Positions 29,938-39,842 of a stretch of 64,000 nt of DNA are shown one piece after another. The stretch comes from Myxococcota bacterium. GTDB lineage: Bacteria; Myxococcota_A; Polyangia; Polyangiales; Houyiibacteriaceae. Each line of letters starts with the position of its first letter. The first letter of the stretch is position 1. Both the position numbers and the translations under genes were made by a program. Below the pieces are notes generated by a model that saw only the letters and a list, made by a program, of their open reading frames with translations, had not been told where the DNA came from and ran no database searches. The stretch is from the NCBI GenBank assembly GCA_039030515.1, contig JBCCEA010000016.1:1-64000 (forward strand). Direction: 5' to 3'.

Positions 29938-30054
29938 GTTTTCCGTAACGATTCAGTTCTCCGCAACGACTTAGGCCCACCTCAGAAAACGTGGGACGTT
30001 CCGCAGCGTCCTAGAATTTAAGCGCAGCAGCGACGACAAAAGGCGGTTGCGCAT

Positions 30055-30084
30055 CCGAAGTCAGCCCAACCGAAGTCAGCCCAG
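30055..30084. repeat. 15-bp tandem duplication spanning the activator stop codon
   Basis: ccgaagtcagcccaa followed by ccgaagtcagcccag. Confidence 0.8.
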
Positions 30085-32010
30085 CCTGTGGCCTTTGAGC
30101 TTTTTATACAGACCTTCTCTGGTCATGCCCAGGGTCTTAGCCGTCGCGCTTTTGTTGTTCTGATGGTCCGCCAGCGCCTGTTTGAGAATCCCGTACTCAT
30201 ACCGCTCCATGAGTGCCTTGAGGGTCATGCCTTCCCTTGAGTTCCCCTGCAGCTCTGCGCTTCCAGAGTTTCGAATTCTCGGACTGAGCTGCTCCGGAGT
30301 GACAAGCGCTCCCGCCTCCGATTGAATGATCAACCTCTGAATCTCATTTTCAAGTTCTCGAACGTTTCCCGGCCACCCGTATCTCGAGAGGACCTCCATC
30401 GCCGCTTGACCGATGCCGCCGATTTCACGACCAAACTCACCCGTATACTTTTGCAGAAAATGCGCTGCGAGCAGAGGCACATCTTCTGGGCGCTCTCGAA
30501 GCGGAGGCACCCGGATCGGGAACACCTTCAACCGATAGTAGAGATCTTCTCGGAATCGGCCCTCGGCAACCTCCGCCTCAAGATCGCGATGGGTCGCAGC
30601 CACGATGCGTACGTCGACAATCTTGGTGCCGTGACTCCCGACGGGTCTTATTTCTCCCTCCTGCAAAGCTCGCAAGAGCTTTGACTGCAGGCTGAGCGGC
30701 ATTTCACCAACTTCGTCTAAAAAGAGCGTTCCCCCATGGGCTAATTCAAAGAGTCCCTTTTTGTCCTCATTGGCTCCGGTAAACGCGCCTTTCCGATGCC
30801 CGAACAGTTCGCTTTCGAGAAGGCTATCCGGTATCGCTGCGCAGTTCTGAACGACAAACAGCTTCTCTTTTCGCTTGGACCAATAGTGCACCGATCTGGC
30901 GATGAGCTCTTTTCCGGTGCCTGTTTCACCCTCGATGAACACAGAAACCCGAGTGTCGACGACCTTGCGTACCAGTTCGAATGCTGTCGCCATGGGTCTG
31001 CTGTCTCCGATGATTCCCTTAAACCTCTCTTTTTCCCGACTCTTAAGATAAATATTCTCGTTCCTCTGCCGCTCCTCGGAAACTCGAAGTTTTGAGAGCA
31101 ACCTCGCGTGCACCACCGCTTGACTGGTGCTTTGAGCAAGCAGGGCAAGGATATCCAAATCCTTTTCACGAAATATTCCGCTGGAGTCGCGATTGTCGAC
31201 TTGCAACACCCCGATGATCTCGTCCTGACGCCACAGGGGCACCCCGATGGTTGAGAGAATTTCGGCAGCCATCAGCGAAGCGGTTTCCCCCACTTCACGA
31301 CGTGCGTCCGCAGCCAATACCGCCGCCCTGTCTTTGACGACCTTCCTAAATACGCTTCGAGTGATCGGGATAGGCGTCCCGGGAATGCCGCCTCCTCGCA
31401 TGCGGGTTCCCATCGGCACGTAGCGCGCCATCGATGCCGTCGGACTCTCTTCGTGTTCTTTCAGTACGACGGTGACATGGGTCGCTCGACTCAGAAACCG
31501 AAACACCTGCGCAGCCGCTACGTCCAGCACCTGATCGAGATCGATCGCCTCGCTGAGTCTCTTTTGTGCCTCGTACAGGCCCTGCAGCAGTTCGCCGTTC
31601 GAGGTGAGCGTGTGCGCAAGTTGATCGAATAGGGCGAGGCGCTTCACAGAAACAAATTGCGTGATCTCGTCCGTATCATCGAACGTAACCTGAACCCGCA
31701 CCGGACATTCCAAATCGCCGAGCTCAAGGATGTCGTCACTTTGCATGAGAAGCTCGCGACCCGGCGCCATCGTCAGATCGATCTTTTCTTCGCCACGGCA
31801 AACCCGCGTTCCATTGGTGCTGTGATGGTCTCTGAGCACGTAGCCCTCGACGCTCATCGCAATCGAGACGTGCAAAGCAGAGATGTGAGCGTCCGAAAGA
31901 ACAAGATCGTTTCCGCGTTCACGACCGACGCGAAGCAGTGGCCCCTCGAGCTGAGTCGAACGTCCCTGCTCCTGCCCCACTAGGATTTCCAGACGGATCA
32001 TGCACCGCAA
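30076..32010 (-). CDS. FHA-GAF-sigma54 enhancer-binding protein (Fis HTH)
   Basis: FHA VGR...ISALH...STNGT; GAF VPLW..IIGVLQVDN; GETGTGKE, GAFTGA, WPGNVRELEN; NKSATAKTLGMTREGLYKKLK. Confidence 0.95.
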   Translation of the reverse strand: MRCMIRLEILVGQEQGRSTQLEGPLLRVGRERGNDLVLSDAHISALHVSIAMSVEGYVLRDHHSTNGTRVCRGEEKIDLTMAPGRELLMQSDDILELGDLECPVRVQVTFDDTDEITQFVSVKRLALFDQLAHTLTSNGELLQGLYEAQKRLSEAIDLDQVLDVAAAQVFRFLSRATHVTVVLKEHEESPTASMARYVPMGTRMRGGGIPGTPIPITRSVFRKVVKDRAAVLAADARREVGETASLMAAEILSTIGVPLWRQDEIIGVLQVDNRDSSGIFREKDLDILALLAQSTSQAVVHARLLSKLRVSEERQRNENIYLKSREKERFKGIIGDSRPMATAFELVRKVVDTRVSVFIEGETGTGKELIARSVHYWSKRKEKLFVVQNCAAIPDSLLESELFGHRKGAFTGANEDKKGLFELAHGGTLFLDEVGEMPLSLQSKLLRALQEGEIRPVGSHGTKIVDVRIVAATHRDLEAEVAEGRFREDLYYRLKVFPIRVPPLRERPEDVPLLAAHFLQKYTGEFGREIGGIGQAAMEVLSRYGWPGNVRELENEIQRLIIQSEAGALVTPEQLSPRIRNSGSAELQGNSREGMTLKALMERYEYGILKQALADHQNNKSATAKTLGMTREGLYKKLKGHRLG

Positions 32011-32103
32011 ATCTTAGCAGTTACCACGCAGGTCGGTCTGTTGATCGTCACGGTTCACGGCGACCTTGGCCTCGTCCACTTCGTGGTCTCCCGTCCGCGG
32101 CGC

Positions 32104-33825
32104 CTAGGACTCCAGACGTAGGCGAAGACGCGCCTGCACAGGCAATGCTTCACGACCAAATACGTTCCAGACGCTTCGACCCTGCTCAGCGACTCTTAGC
32201 TCCTCTATCTTGTCGATGGCCTCTTGCGAGCCGTGGACGGCCACTCGATCGAGGGCAGCGAGTGCAGCCAAACGTATTTCTGGACTCGAATCACCTAGCT
32301 TGGAAACGAGGGACGAGATCACCGCGGCATTGTCTCGTCCCAGCCTGCCAAGCATAAACGATGCCTTGGAGGCGAGCACCGGATCGGAACTCCTCAGTTT
32401 CTCCTGCCAGCAGCGGAGCGCCACATCACACTCCTCTGCAGCATCGAGCATCGGATCGTGACGACCATCTCGAGGGTTCTGCTCTTGGCTCACGTATCGC
32501 CGGATGGGCCGCAGCTCCTCCTTGTTTGCCAGCGTCGCGTAGGCCGATGCAGCTGCGATGCGCACATCGGGAATCTGAGCGCGATCGTTCATTTCTTTCT
32601 GGAAAAACGGAAGCATCTTTGGGTCGTACGTATGCTTCATGACTGTGAGGAGCTGCACTCGCTTCGCCGCACCGGAAACGTGGTCGGGCAACGCCTCGTA
32701 TACCGACACCAGTACTTCGCGAAGCGCCTCTCGCTCCGCATCGGGCAGGAGCAGTCGAACCATCGCGATGCAAGCCTGAAGCGCCCGTGCCGAATCACCG
32801 GACTCGGTCTCCGCGAGAAGCGGCGGAAACGCCTCAGGTAGCCCGAGTGCGCCGAGGGCGAAAGCTGCTTCGGAACTCACGTGCTGACGAACCGAAGTCT
32901 GTGCTGCAGCCCGGGGATTCACCGCACGGACTGCCGCGATGTACGCCTCCGCCAGGTCGTTGGCGTCTTGGTTTTGACCATCGAGGGTACGAAGCAAGGG
33001 CCCCAGCGACGGGCGACCGATGCGAACGAGTGCCTCTGCAGCCACATCGTTCATGCGCATGTTGGGCTGACCAAGCCCAAAAAGATACAGCCCGCGGATC
33101 ATGGAATCTGCCGACTCCGCAAGCCCGAGTTCGCCGAGAGCGACCGCAGCCATTCGATTGATTTGGAAGTCCTGATCCTCACGCTGCGCCATCGCCATCT
33201 TCGTCAGCGAAGCAGCGGTGGCCGAATCTCGCATCGCTCGCAAGGAGCGGATCAAAGCGATCCGTAAGCGATTGGCCTGACCGGTAGAGCCACGAACCCG
33301 ATCCAAAGCTGCCGCAAGCGCTTCGATAACCTTCGACCTCTCGGCCTCAGGAATCTGAATGGATCGAAGGGCCTGCGCCGCTCGAGTCGCATGTGCTTCA
33401 CTCACCCCGGTCCGGAAACGCAGTGCCTGCACTAAGGAGGGTATGGTTCGCGCGTCCTGCATCTCCGCCATCAAGTCCAGGATCGATTGACCATTCTGGA
33501 TGTCCTGAGGCGCGTCGAGATATACGTCGTTCATCGGAGCATAGATCGCGTCTGCAATCTTCTTCACCGCCTCCGAGCTTCGATCTCCCTCGTGCTCCGC
33601 CAGAGCCTTGGCATACAGTCGGCTGAGATTTGAAATCGCGTTCTGTCGACGTATCGGATCACGCAACTCACTGGCCTGTCCTGCCGGATCATCTGCGTCT
33701 GCGTGACACGCAACCAGCGCACAAGAGAAGGACAACGCCGCGATCCAAACCGCTCGCACTCGCAGGTCGCGGTTTGCCGCAAGGTGAGGCGTCCTTGTTT
33801 GGAACATGAAGCTTGCTTTGATCAT
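32104..33825 (-). CDS. HEAT/armadillo-repeat lipoprotein
   Basis: LVAC lipobox; repeated AAVALGELG, AAEALVRIG, AAFALGALG, IRLAALAALD. Confidence 0.75.
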   Translation of the reverse strand: MIKASFMFQTRTPHLAANRDLRVRAVWIAALSFSCALVACHADADDPAGQASELRDPIRRQNAISNLSRLYAKALAEHEGDRSSEAVKKIADAIYAPMNDVYLDAPQDIQNGQSILDLMAEMQDARTIPSLVQALRFRTGVSEAHATRAAQALRSIQIPEAERSKVIEALAAALDRVRGSTGQANRLRIALIRSLRAMRDSATAASLTKMAMAQREDQDFQINRMAAVALGELGLAESADSMIRGLYLFGLGQPNMRMNDVAAEALVRIGRPSLGPLLRTLDGQNQDANDLAEAYIAAVRAVNPRAAAQTSVRQHVSSEAAFALGALGLPEAFPPLLAETESGDSARALQACIAMVRLLLPDAEREALREVLVSVYEALPDHVSGAAKRVQLLTVMKHTYDPKMLPFFQKEMNDRAQIPDVRIAAASAYATLANKEELRPIRRYVSQEQNPRDGRHDPMLDAAEECDVALRCWQEKLRSSDPVLASKASFMLGRLGRDNAAVISSLVSKLGDSSPEIRLAALAALDRVAVHGSQEAIDKIEELRVAEQGRSVWNVFGREALPVQARLRLRLES

Positions 33826-33898
33826 TGCAAAAACCCAAGTCTTCCGGTTCGGCTATGTAGTTTGATACATCGGCTATAGGCGCGGAACTGAGTCACTG

Positions 33899-34585
33899 TC
33901 AACGCAAGCCTCGCTTGAGTCCCCACTTCAAATCAACGGTGCCGCGCGGACCGGTAAAACGCAGCAGAAGGTGCCGGGCCGTTGGGGAAATTATTGGCGC
34001 ATCGGCTTCGCTTTTGGCTGGAAAGACGATGCGGAACGCGTGCCGAAAAGGGCTCACGCTCGGAAAATACACTTTGTCCGCGGGAGAAGGCCGGCGAATA
34101 CGCTCGATCGACTCGGGCACGGTTTGGCGACCCTGATCGTCGACAAGCAACACGCGCCAAGCGCTGCTGTTTCGGGTCAGATCTGCTTCTCGGTATTCTT
34201 CACCGGTCAACGTCACGAAGAATCGATGGTGCTCTCGGGCATCGTCGAGGGACGCGCGCAACATCTCCGCTCTCGTCTCGGTAGAAACGCCATGGTCGGA
34301 AGCGTACCGAACTACATACGCCCATCGAAACTCCCAAGACTCAAATGTTGCAGTCGCGTGCAATACGGTGCTCATGAGACTGAAGGAGAAGTCGTCTGCG
34401 TCCCGAGTCCACGTATCGTAAACCCGAGCATAGTCTCGAGGCGTGAAAGAGCGCGGCACAGGGTTCATCGAAAGCTCAGGTGCGGCGCAGCCAGCCGAAG
34501 CACACACAGCCAGGGAACATGCGATGGCCGCAAGCGCAAAGCCCGCATGTTTCTGCACATGAACTGTCGTAGATCGAAAGCTCAT
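33899..34585 (-). CDS. Hypothetical lipoprotein
   Basis: SAGC lipobox; ATGA overlap with the pyrE stop. Confidence 0.7.
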   Translation of the reverse strand: MSFRSTTVHVQKHAGFALAAIACSLAVCASAGCAAPELSMNPVPRSFTPRDYARVYDTWTRDADDFSFSLMSTVLHATATFESWEFRWAYVVRYASDHGVSTETRAEMLRASLDDAREHHRFFVTLTGEEYREADLTRNSSAWRVLLVDDQGRQTVPESIERIRRPSPADKVYFPSVSPFRHAFRIVFPAKSEADAPIISPTARHLLLRFTGPRGTVDLKWGLKRGLR

Positions 34586-35130
34586 CGTGTACTCGCAAAC
34601 GAGTTCCGGTCGTAAAGCGAAGCAAAAGACACCCCGGCATCTCGGATGACCTGCGCCCCCCCTTGAAGACGATCGACAACCGCAACGACGCATTCCGGCT
34701 TAAGACCCGCTTCCCTTAGCGTCTGAATTGCATGCAGCGTCGAACCACCCGTCGTGACCACGTCTTCGAGAACCGCAACGGGAGTGTCTCGCGGGAGGTG
34801 GCTGTTGCCCTCGACAAGGCGCTTCGATCCATGCCCTTTGGCCAACTTCCGTACGTAGATCGCATCTAGCGATCGACCTTTTTGAAACGAGGTCAAGGCA
34901 ACCGCCGAGGCAAGTGGACATCCCCCAAGCTCCACTCCAGCGACCGCAAGCGCCGAAGGCGCAAGATCGCGGACTACGTCGAGCATTCGCTCCCCGATCA
35001 ATGCGTGGCCCTCCGCCAAAAGCACGGTTTGTTTGCAGTCGACAAAAAAGTCGCTGACTTCACCCGAAGAGAGGGTCACGCTGCCCTCTCGATAGCTGTG
35101 CGTTCTCAGAAGTTCGATTAGACGATCCAT
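34582..35130 (-). CDS. pyrE: Orotate phosphoribosyltransferase
   Basis: LSSG..SDFFVDCK, YVRK..KGHG, PRPP motif VLEDVVTTGGS, VVDR. Confidence 0.95.
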   Translation of the reverse strand: MDRLIELLRTHSYREGSVTLSSGEVSDFFVDCKQTVLLAEGHALIGERMLDVVRDLAPSALAVAGVELGGCPLASAVALTSFQKGRSLDAIYVRKLAKGHGSKRLVEGNSHLPRDTPVAVLEDVVTTGGSTLHAIQTLREAGLKPECVVAVVDRLQGGAQVIRDAGVSFASLYDRNSFASTR

Positions 35131-35171
35131 GGCGGCTCGAGCCTAGCAGCTCCGAGCAAGACCGGAACCTT

Positions 35172-35822
35172 CTACTTCCTGGTGCCGAATACCCGAGCGA
35201 GTCTTGGCATTGTGGGAACGGGTGGAGCGTCCGGGTGGTGGCGTTGCTCTCCGCCAGTTGAATCCTGGGCACAGTCAGCCGGTTTGAGGGCGACTTCCGG
35301 AGCCATTTCGGCATCGCGAACCACCCTTTCAACCGATGCAGCCTCAACCGATGCAGCCTCAACCGATGCAGCGACCTCCGGAAGGGCACCGACGCTATGC
35401 GGCTCGGTAAGCGTCAACATCTCAGCCTGCACGGGGCTTCTACCGCTCGCGTCGCCGCCGAGGGCAGCTGACGCGCTCGGCCATCGACGGGCACCAAACG
35501 GGGGGCCTCCGTCCATATCCACCTGCCCGCGAAACAGCGCTCCGGGAACGATAAGAACCTTGGGTGCTACGGCATCTCCAACCATGCGCGCGCCATCATC
35601 GACCCGAATCGACTCTTCACCAAAAACATGACCAGCGACGACCCCTCGGACAGTCACGGAACGGGCCCGAATTTCACCTCGGACGGCACCGCTCGAATCC
35701 ACCATCAACGCTCCGGTAACGTGGATATCACCTTCGACCCGACCGGCGACGATCAGATCCTCGTCGCCGTGAATCGTACCGCGGAGCGCTACTCCGAGAG
35801 GTATACAAGAGGGGCGCCTCAC
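35172..35822 (-). CDS. Bactofilin with low-complexity C-terminal extension
   Basis: LRGTIHGDEDLIVAGRVEGDI...GALFRGQVDM beta-helix pattern. Confidence 0.9.
   Translation of the reverse strand: MRRPSCIPLGVALRGTIHGDEDLIVAGRVEGDIHVTGALMVDSSGAVRGEIRARSVTVRGVVAGHVFGEESIRVDDGARMVGDAVAPKVLIVPGALFRGQVDMDGGPPFGARRWPSASAALGGDASGRSPVQAEMLTLTEPHSVGALPEVAASVEAASVEAASVERVVRDAEMAPEVALKPADCAQDSTGGEQRHHPDAPPVPTMPRLARVFGTRK
35329..35372. repeat. 15-bp in-frame tandem repeat x3 (ASVEA) in the bactofilin tail
   Basis: tcaaccgatgcagcc x2 plus a 14-nt third copy. Confidence 0.9.
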
Positions 35823-36169
35823 AAGCGCACCAACTCTTCCGGAAGGTCAAAATCCATGTAAATCATGCCCTTTAGGGAGCCGCCGTCGACTACCGAAAGC
35901 CGCTTTGTCGTGACATCCCCCTCGACGGTCCCTGTCTCTAGGATGCAGACCTCATCGGCACGCACGTCTCCGGTCATTGCCCCCTCCACCGATAGCTCTT
36001 TGGTTCGCGTAGGCGCTTGAACCCTTCCCGATTCACCAACCTCAAGTCGCCCATCCACCGAATAGTCTCCCTGAAATCGACCGTCTATTCGCACATCAGC
36101 CTCACCGCGAAGATCACCTCGGACATCGAGCTCGGGCCCCAAATAGCCCGCCTCCGATTGGTGGCTCAT
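35819..36169 (-). CDS. Bactofilin (core domain only)
   Basis: VRGDLRGEADVRIDGRFQG...GGSLKGMIYMDF; GGAG RBS; overlaps the next bactofilin. Confidence 0.9.
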   Translation of the reverse strand: MSHQSEAGYLGPELDVRGDLRGEADVRIDGRFQGDYSVDGRLEVGESGRVQAPTRTKELSVEGAMTGDVRADEVCILETGTVEGDVTTKRLSVVDGGSLKGMIYMDFDLPEELVRL

Positions 36170-36426
36170 ATCTCTCCATCTCCTGCGAACTGTCCTGCGG
36201 ACGAAGCCTTTTTGATCCGCGGTCGTCAGGACGCTAACGCAATTCTACAGCCCCGTCGCCTTCAAAGAATGAGCGGTAGTACGAACACCGATGCCCCTCC
36301 GAATGTGCGATGGGCGATGGCTCTCCGTAAAGGTCGAGAAACACGAGCTATGGGACGTCTTCGATCGGACACCACTCGCCGAGAGAAGACGAACGTGACA
36401 GAGTCTGGTCACCCGTCACGCGAGGC

Positions 36427-37875
36427 GTGTCGCGTCAGCCGAAAGATGATCTTGTGAGCGCTCAGCCGTACAACGAATCTCCCCTGTGTTCTTACGACCA
36501 GCTACTGCTCCCCTTTCAGCGGGCTGAAAAACCGCGCTCAAGATGGCGCGTGGGCACCGAAGCGGAGAAGTTTGGAGTTTTTCGAGACGGCTCCCCTGTT
36601 CCTTACGAGGGGGAGCGTAGCATCCGCACGGTTCTCGAAGCGCTCGCAGACAGGCACGGATGGTTCGAAGAGCAGGAGTACGAAGGCGGCCCCGTGGTCG
36701 CACTTCGTCGGGGCGATGCGTCGATTACCCTGGAACCAGGAGGCCAACTCGAGCTGTCTGGCGCCCCTCATGCGACGATCCACGCGACCTGCTCAGAGTT
36801 TCGGGGACACATGGCGGAACTAAGAGACATCTCCAACGACCTGGGCATCATTTGGCTCGGCCTCGGATTCCACCCCACCGCAACGCAGGATACGCTGCCC
36901 ACAGTGCCCAAGCTTCGATACCAGGTGATGCGGCACTACCTGCCCACGCGAGGCGCTATGGCTCTCGACATGATGCGCCGAACATGTACCGTTCAGACCA
37001 ACCTCGACTACTCAGACGAACCGGACGCCATGCGCAAACTGCGACTGTCTCTGGCACTTCAACCAATCGTGACCGCCATGTTCGCAAACAGCCCTTGGGT
37101 AGAGGGACGCCACCAGGGCGAACGGTGCCGTCGAGCCCGCGTATGGCTTCATATGGATCCAGACCGGTGCGGACTACTTCCCTTTGCTTGGAATCCCAAG
37201 GCAACCTATCGCGACTACGTGGAGTGGGCGCTCGACGTGCCGATGTTCATGGTCAAGCGAGGCGAAGCGCTACATCACAACACCGGCCAGACCTTTCGCA
37301 GTTTCATGAACGACGGCTTCGAAGGTGTGAAGCCCAATCTAGGAGACTGGGAAACGCACCTAAACACCTTGTTTCCGGAAGCGCGCCTCAAAAAGACTTT
37401 GGAGCTTCGCGGCGCGGACGCTCAGGACACGTCGCTGGTAAGCGCCCTTTCTGCGCTGTGGAAAGGCCTGCTGTATGACGATCGAGCGATGGATAAGGTC
37501 GAGGCCTTGATCGAGGGCTGGAGCTACGAGGCTGTGGAGGCGATTCGCCCCGAGATCGCGACTTCGGCGATCCGCACGAATTTGTACGGGCGTCCTGTAC
37601 TGGAATGGGCGAAGGAGATTCTCGAGATCGCGTCATTCGGTCTGCGAGAAGCGTCCCACCTCGATCGCCACGGCGAGGACGAAACGATTTACTTGAAGAC
37701 GCTTCAGTATCTCATCGATAGCGCATCCTGTCCGGCCGACCGACTCCTAGAGAAGGTGGATCCCAAAGCCGAACTGCTGGGCGAGATTCTCGCGCACGCC
37801 GAGGTGCATACGAGTTCCCAAAAGTCCAAGGCGCATCAAGAGACGGTGACGTCGCCCCCAACTGCATCGCCCTAG
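36427..37875 (+). CDS. gshA: Glutamate-cysteine ligase (plant/alphaproteobacterial-like GCS2 type)
   Basis: VGTEAEKF, ITLEPGGQLELSGAP, MMRRTCTVQTNLDY, FANSP, TLFPEARLKKTLELRGAD. Confidence 0.92.
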   Translation: MSRQPKDDLVSAQPYNESPLCSYDQLLLPFQRAEKPRSRWRVGTEAEKFGVFRDGSPVPYEGERSIRTVLEALADRHGWFEEQEYEGGPVVALRRGDASITLEPGGQLELSGAPHATIHATCSEFRGHMAELRDISNDLGIIWLGLGFHPTATQDTLPTVPKLRYQVMRHYLPTRGAMALDMMRRTCTVQTNLDYSDEPDAMRKLRLSLALQPIVTAMFANSPWVEGRHQGERCRRARVWLHMDPDRCGLLPFAWNPKATYRDYVEWALDVPMFMVKRGEALHHNTGQTFRSFMNDGFEGVKPNLGDWETHLNTLFPEARLKKTLELRGADAQDTSLVSALSALWKGLLYDDRAMDKVEALIEGWSYEAVEAIRPEIATSAIRTNLYGRPVLEWAKEILEIASFGLREASHLDRHGEDETIYLKTLQYLIDSASCPADRLLEKVDPKAELLGEILAHAEVHTSSQKSKAHQETVTSPPTASP

Positions 37876-37910
37876 CCCTCGGTCAACTAAGCGCCAGGTC
37901 AGCTCGGCGC

Positions 37911-37990
37911 GTCAAATGAGCACTAGGTCCACTGAGCACTAGGTCAAATGAGCGCTAGGTCCACTGAGTGCTAGGTCCACTGAGTGCTCG
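37911..37990. repeat. Intergenic tandem array, 5 x 16 bp (gtcMaMtgagYRctMg), with a degenerate copy at 37882-37897
   Basis: gtcaaatgagcactag / gtccactgagcactag / gtcaaatgagcgctag / gtccactgagtgctag / gtccactgagtgctcg. Confidence 0.92.
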
Positions 37991-38013
37991 GCGCGATTCG
38001 CACAGAGATTCTT

Positions 38014-39252
38014 TCAGTCTGATTGCGATTCGACCGTAATCGCTACCCATGCGCGCTTGCCCGCCTTGACGACATAGCGTCCGCCCGACTGAAGCACGGC
38101 ATCCATCGAGGTCACCCGAGTTCCATCGACCTCGACTGCGCCCTGCTTGATACGACGACGCGCATCACTTGTACTCGAAGTCACCCCAGCCGATACCAGG
38201 GCCTTGGGAAGCCAGATCGATCCTTGCTCCTGCGCGATAACAGAATGCTCGAGCAAGTCTTCCGGCACCTGACGCTGAGCGAACTGTGCCTCCCAGCGTC
38301 GATGCGCATCTTCCGAGACACGATGATCGTGATAGCGAGAGACGATTTCCTTGGCCAAAGCGACCTTAGCCGCCTTGGGGTGGAGCTGCCCAGAGGCACA
38401 ATCTGCACGACGTGCCTGAATTTCTCTGCTCGAAAGCGTAGACAGCAGATCGTAATATCTCCACATCAGCGGGTCGGAAATGCTCATCAGCTTCCCAAAC
38501 TGTTGAGAAGCGCTTTCCGAGACTCCCACATAGTTGTCGAGCGACTTGCTCATCTTGTCACCGACGATGCGACCCTCCTCCACTCGGGCATTGAGGCCCT
38601 CCAGCAAGGGGGTCGTCATCACGACCTGAGGCTTCAATCCGCTCTCACGCATTAGATCGCGTCCGACGAGCAAGTTGAACAGTTGATCCGTGCCGCCAAG
38701 CTCAACATCACAGGCCACGGCGATCGAATCGTATCCCTGAGCAAGCGGGTAGAGCAGCTCGTGAAGAGAGATCGGCAGATGCTTCTCCGCGCGGCGCTTG
38801 AAGTCATCACGTTCCATCATGCGAGCAAGCGTATATTTTCCGGCAAGTCGAACGACGTCGGAGAACTGCATCTTGTCCAGCCACGATGCGTTGTAGACGA
38901 TCTCAGTCCGTTCCTCATCCAGCACTTTGAACGCCTGCTCTGCGTAGGTGCGTGCTCCTTCGGCAATCTCTTCGAGAGAAGGGGTCGGACGCGTCTGACT
39001 CCGACCCGTCGGATCACCAATGCGCGCGGTGAAATCCCCGACAATGAACACGACGCGGTGCCCAAAGTCTTGGAACTGTCGGAGCTTATTCATGAGCACC
39101 GTATGACCCAGGTGAAGGTCGGGTCGCGTCGGATCAAAACCGGCCTTCACCCGAAGTGATCCACCGTCACGCAATCTGTCGATGAGCTCTTCATCGACAT
39201 GGCAGTCGACGGTGCCTCGACGCAACTCTTGCAACTGGTCCGACGCGTTCAT
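38014..39252 (-). CDS. tyrS: Tyrosine--tRNA ligase
   Basis: GFDPTRPDLHLGH, GGTDQLFN, KMSKS, C-terminal S4 domain. Confidence 0.98.
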   Translation of the reverse strand: MNASDQLQELRRGTVDCHVDEELIDRLRDGGSLRVKAGFDPTRPDLHLGHTVLMNKLRQFQDFGHRVVFIVGDFTARIGDPTGRSQTRPTPSLEEIAEGARTYAEQAFKVLDEERTEIVYNASWLDKMQFSDVVRLAGKYTLARMMERDDFKRRAEKHLPISLHELLYPLAQGYDSIAVACDVELGGTDQLFNLLVGRDLMRESGLKPQVVMTTPLLEGLNARVEEGRIVGDKMSKSLDNYVGVSESASQQFGKLMSISDPLMWRYYDLLSTLSSREIQARRADCASGQLHPKAAKVALAKEIVSRYHDHRVSEDAHRRWEAQFAQRQVPEDLLEHSVIAQEQGSIWLPKALVSAGVTSSTSDARRRIKQGAVEVDGTRVTSMDAVLQSGGRYVVKAGKRAWVAITVESQSD

Positions 39253-39319
39253 GCAGCAGCTAAAAGCGAAAAGTGCTCGTGAACGGAGGACAAGTCAAAC
39301 GGCCGCGGAGTCCGGCATC

Positions 39320-39646
<327 letters not shown>

Positions 39647-39842
39647 CCCCGATCCTCTCAGCAGCAGCGTAAAAGGTATGATCCTCTAGCCCTCATGGTC
39701 AACAGCGATTTCGGACACTTCTGCGTGACTCGGACAACGCACGGAGTTCATCTAACCCAAACTGCGCTCGAACGCGCTATACTTTGGCCGCGTCACGCCT
39801 GTTCGGAATCGACCTCGAAAGGCCTCAAGGAGTGTACGAACC

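Noticed and set aside
37911..37990. Possible CRISPR array
   Set aside because: Units are 16 bp and contiguous with no unique spacers; no cas genes in the window
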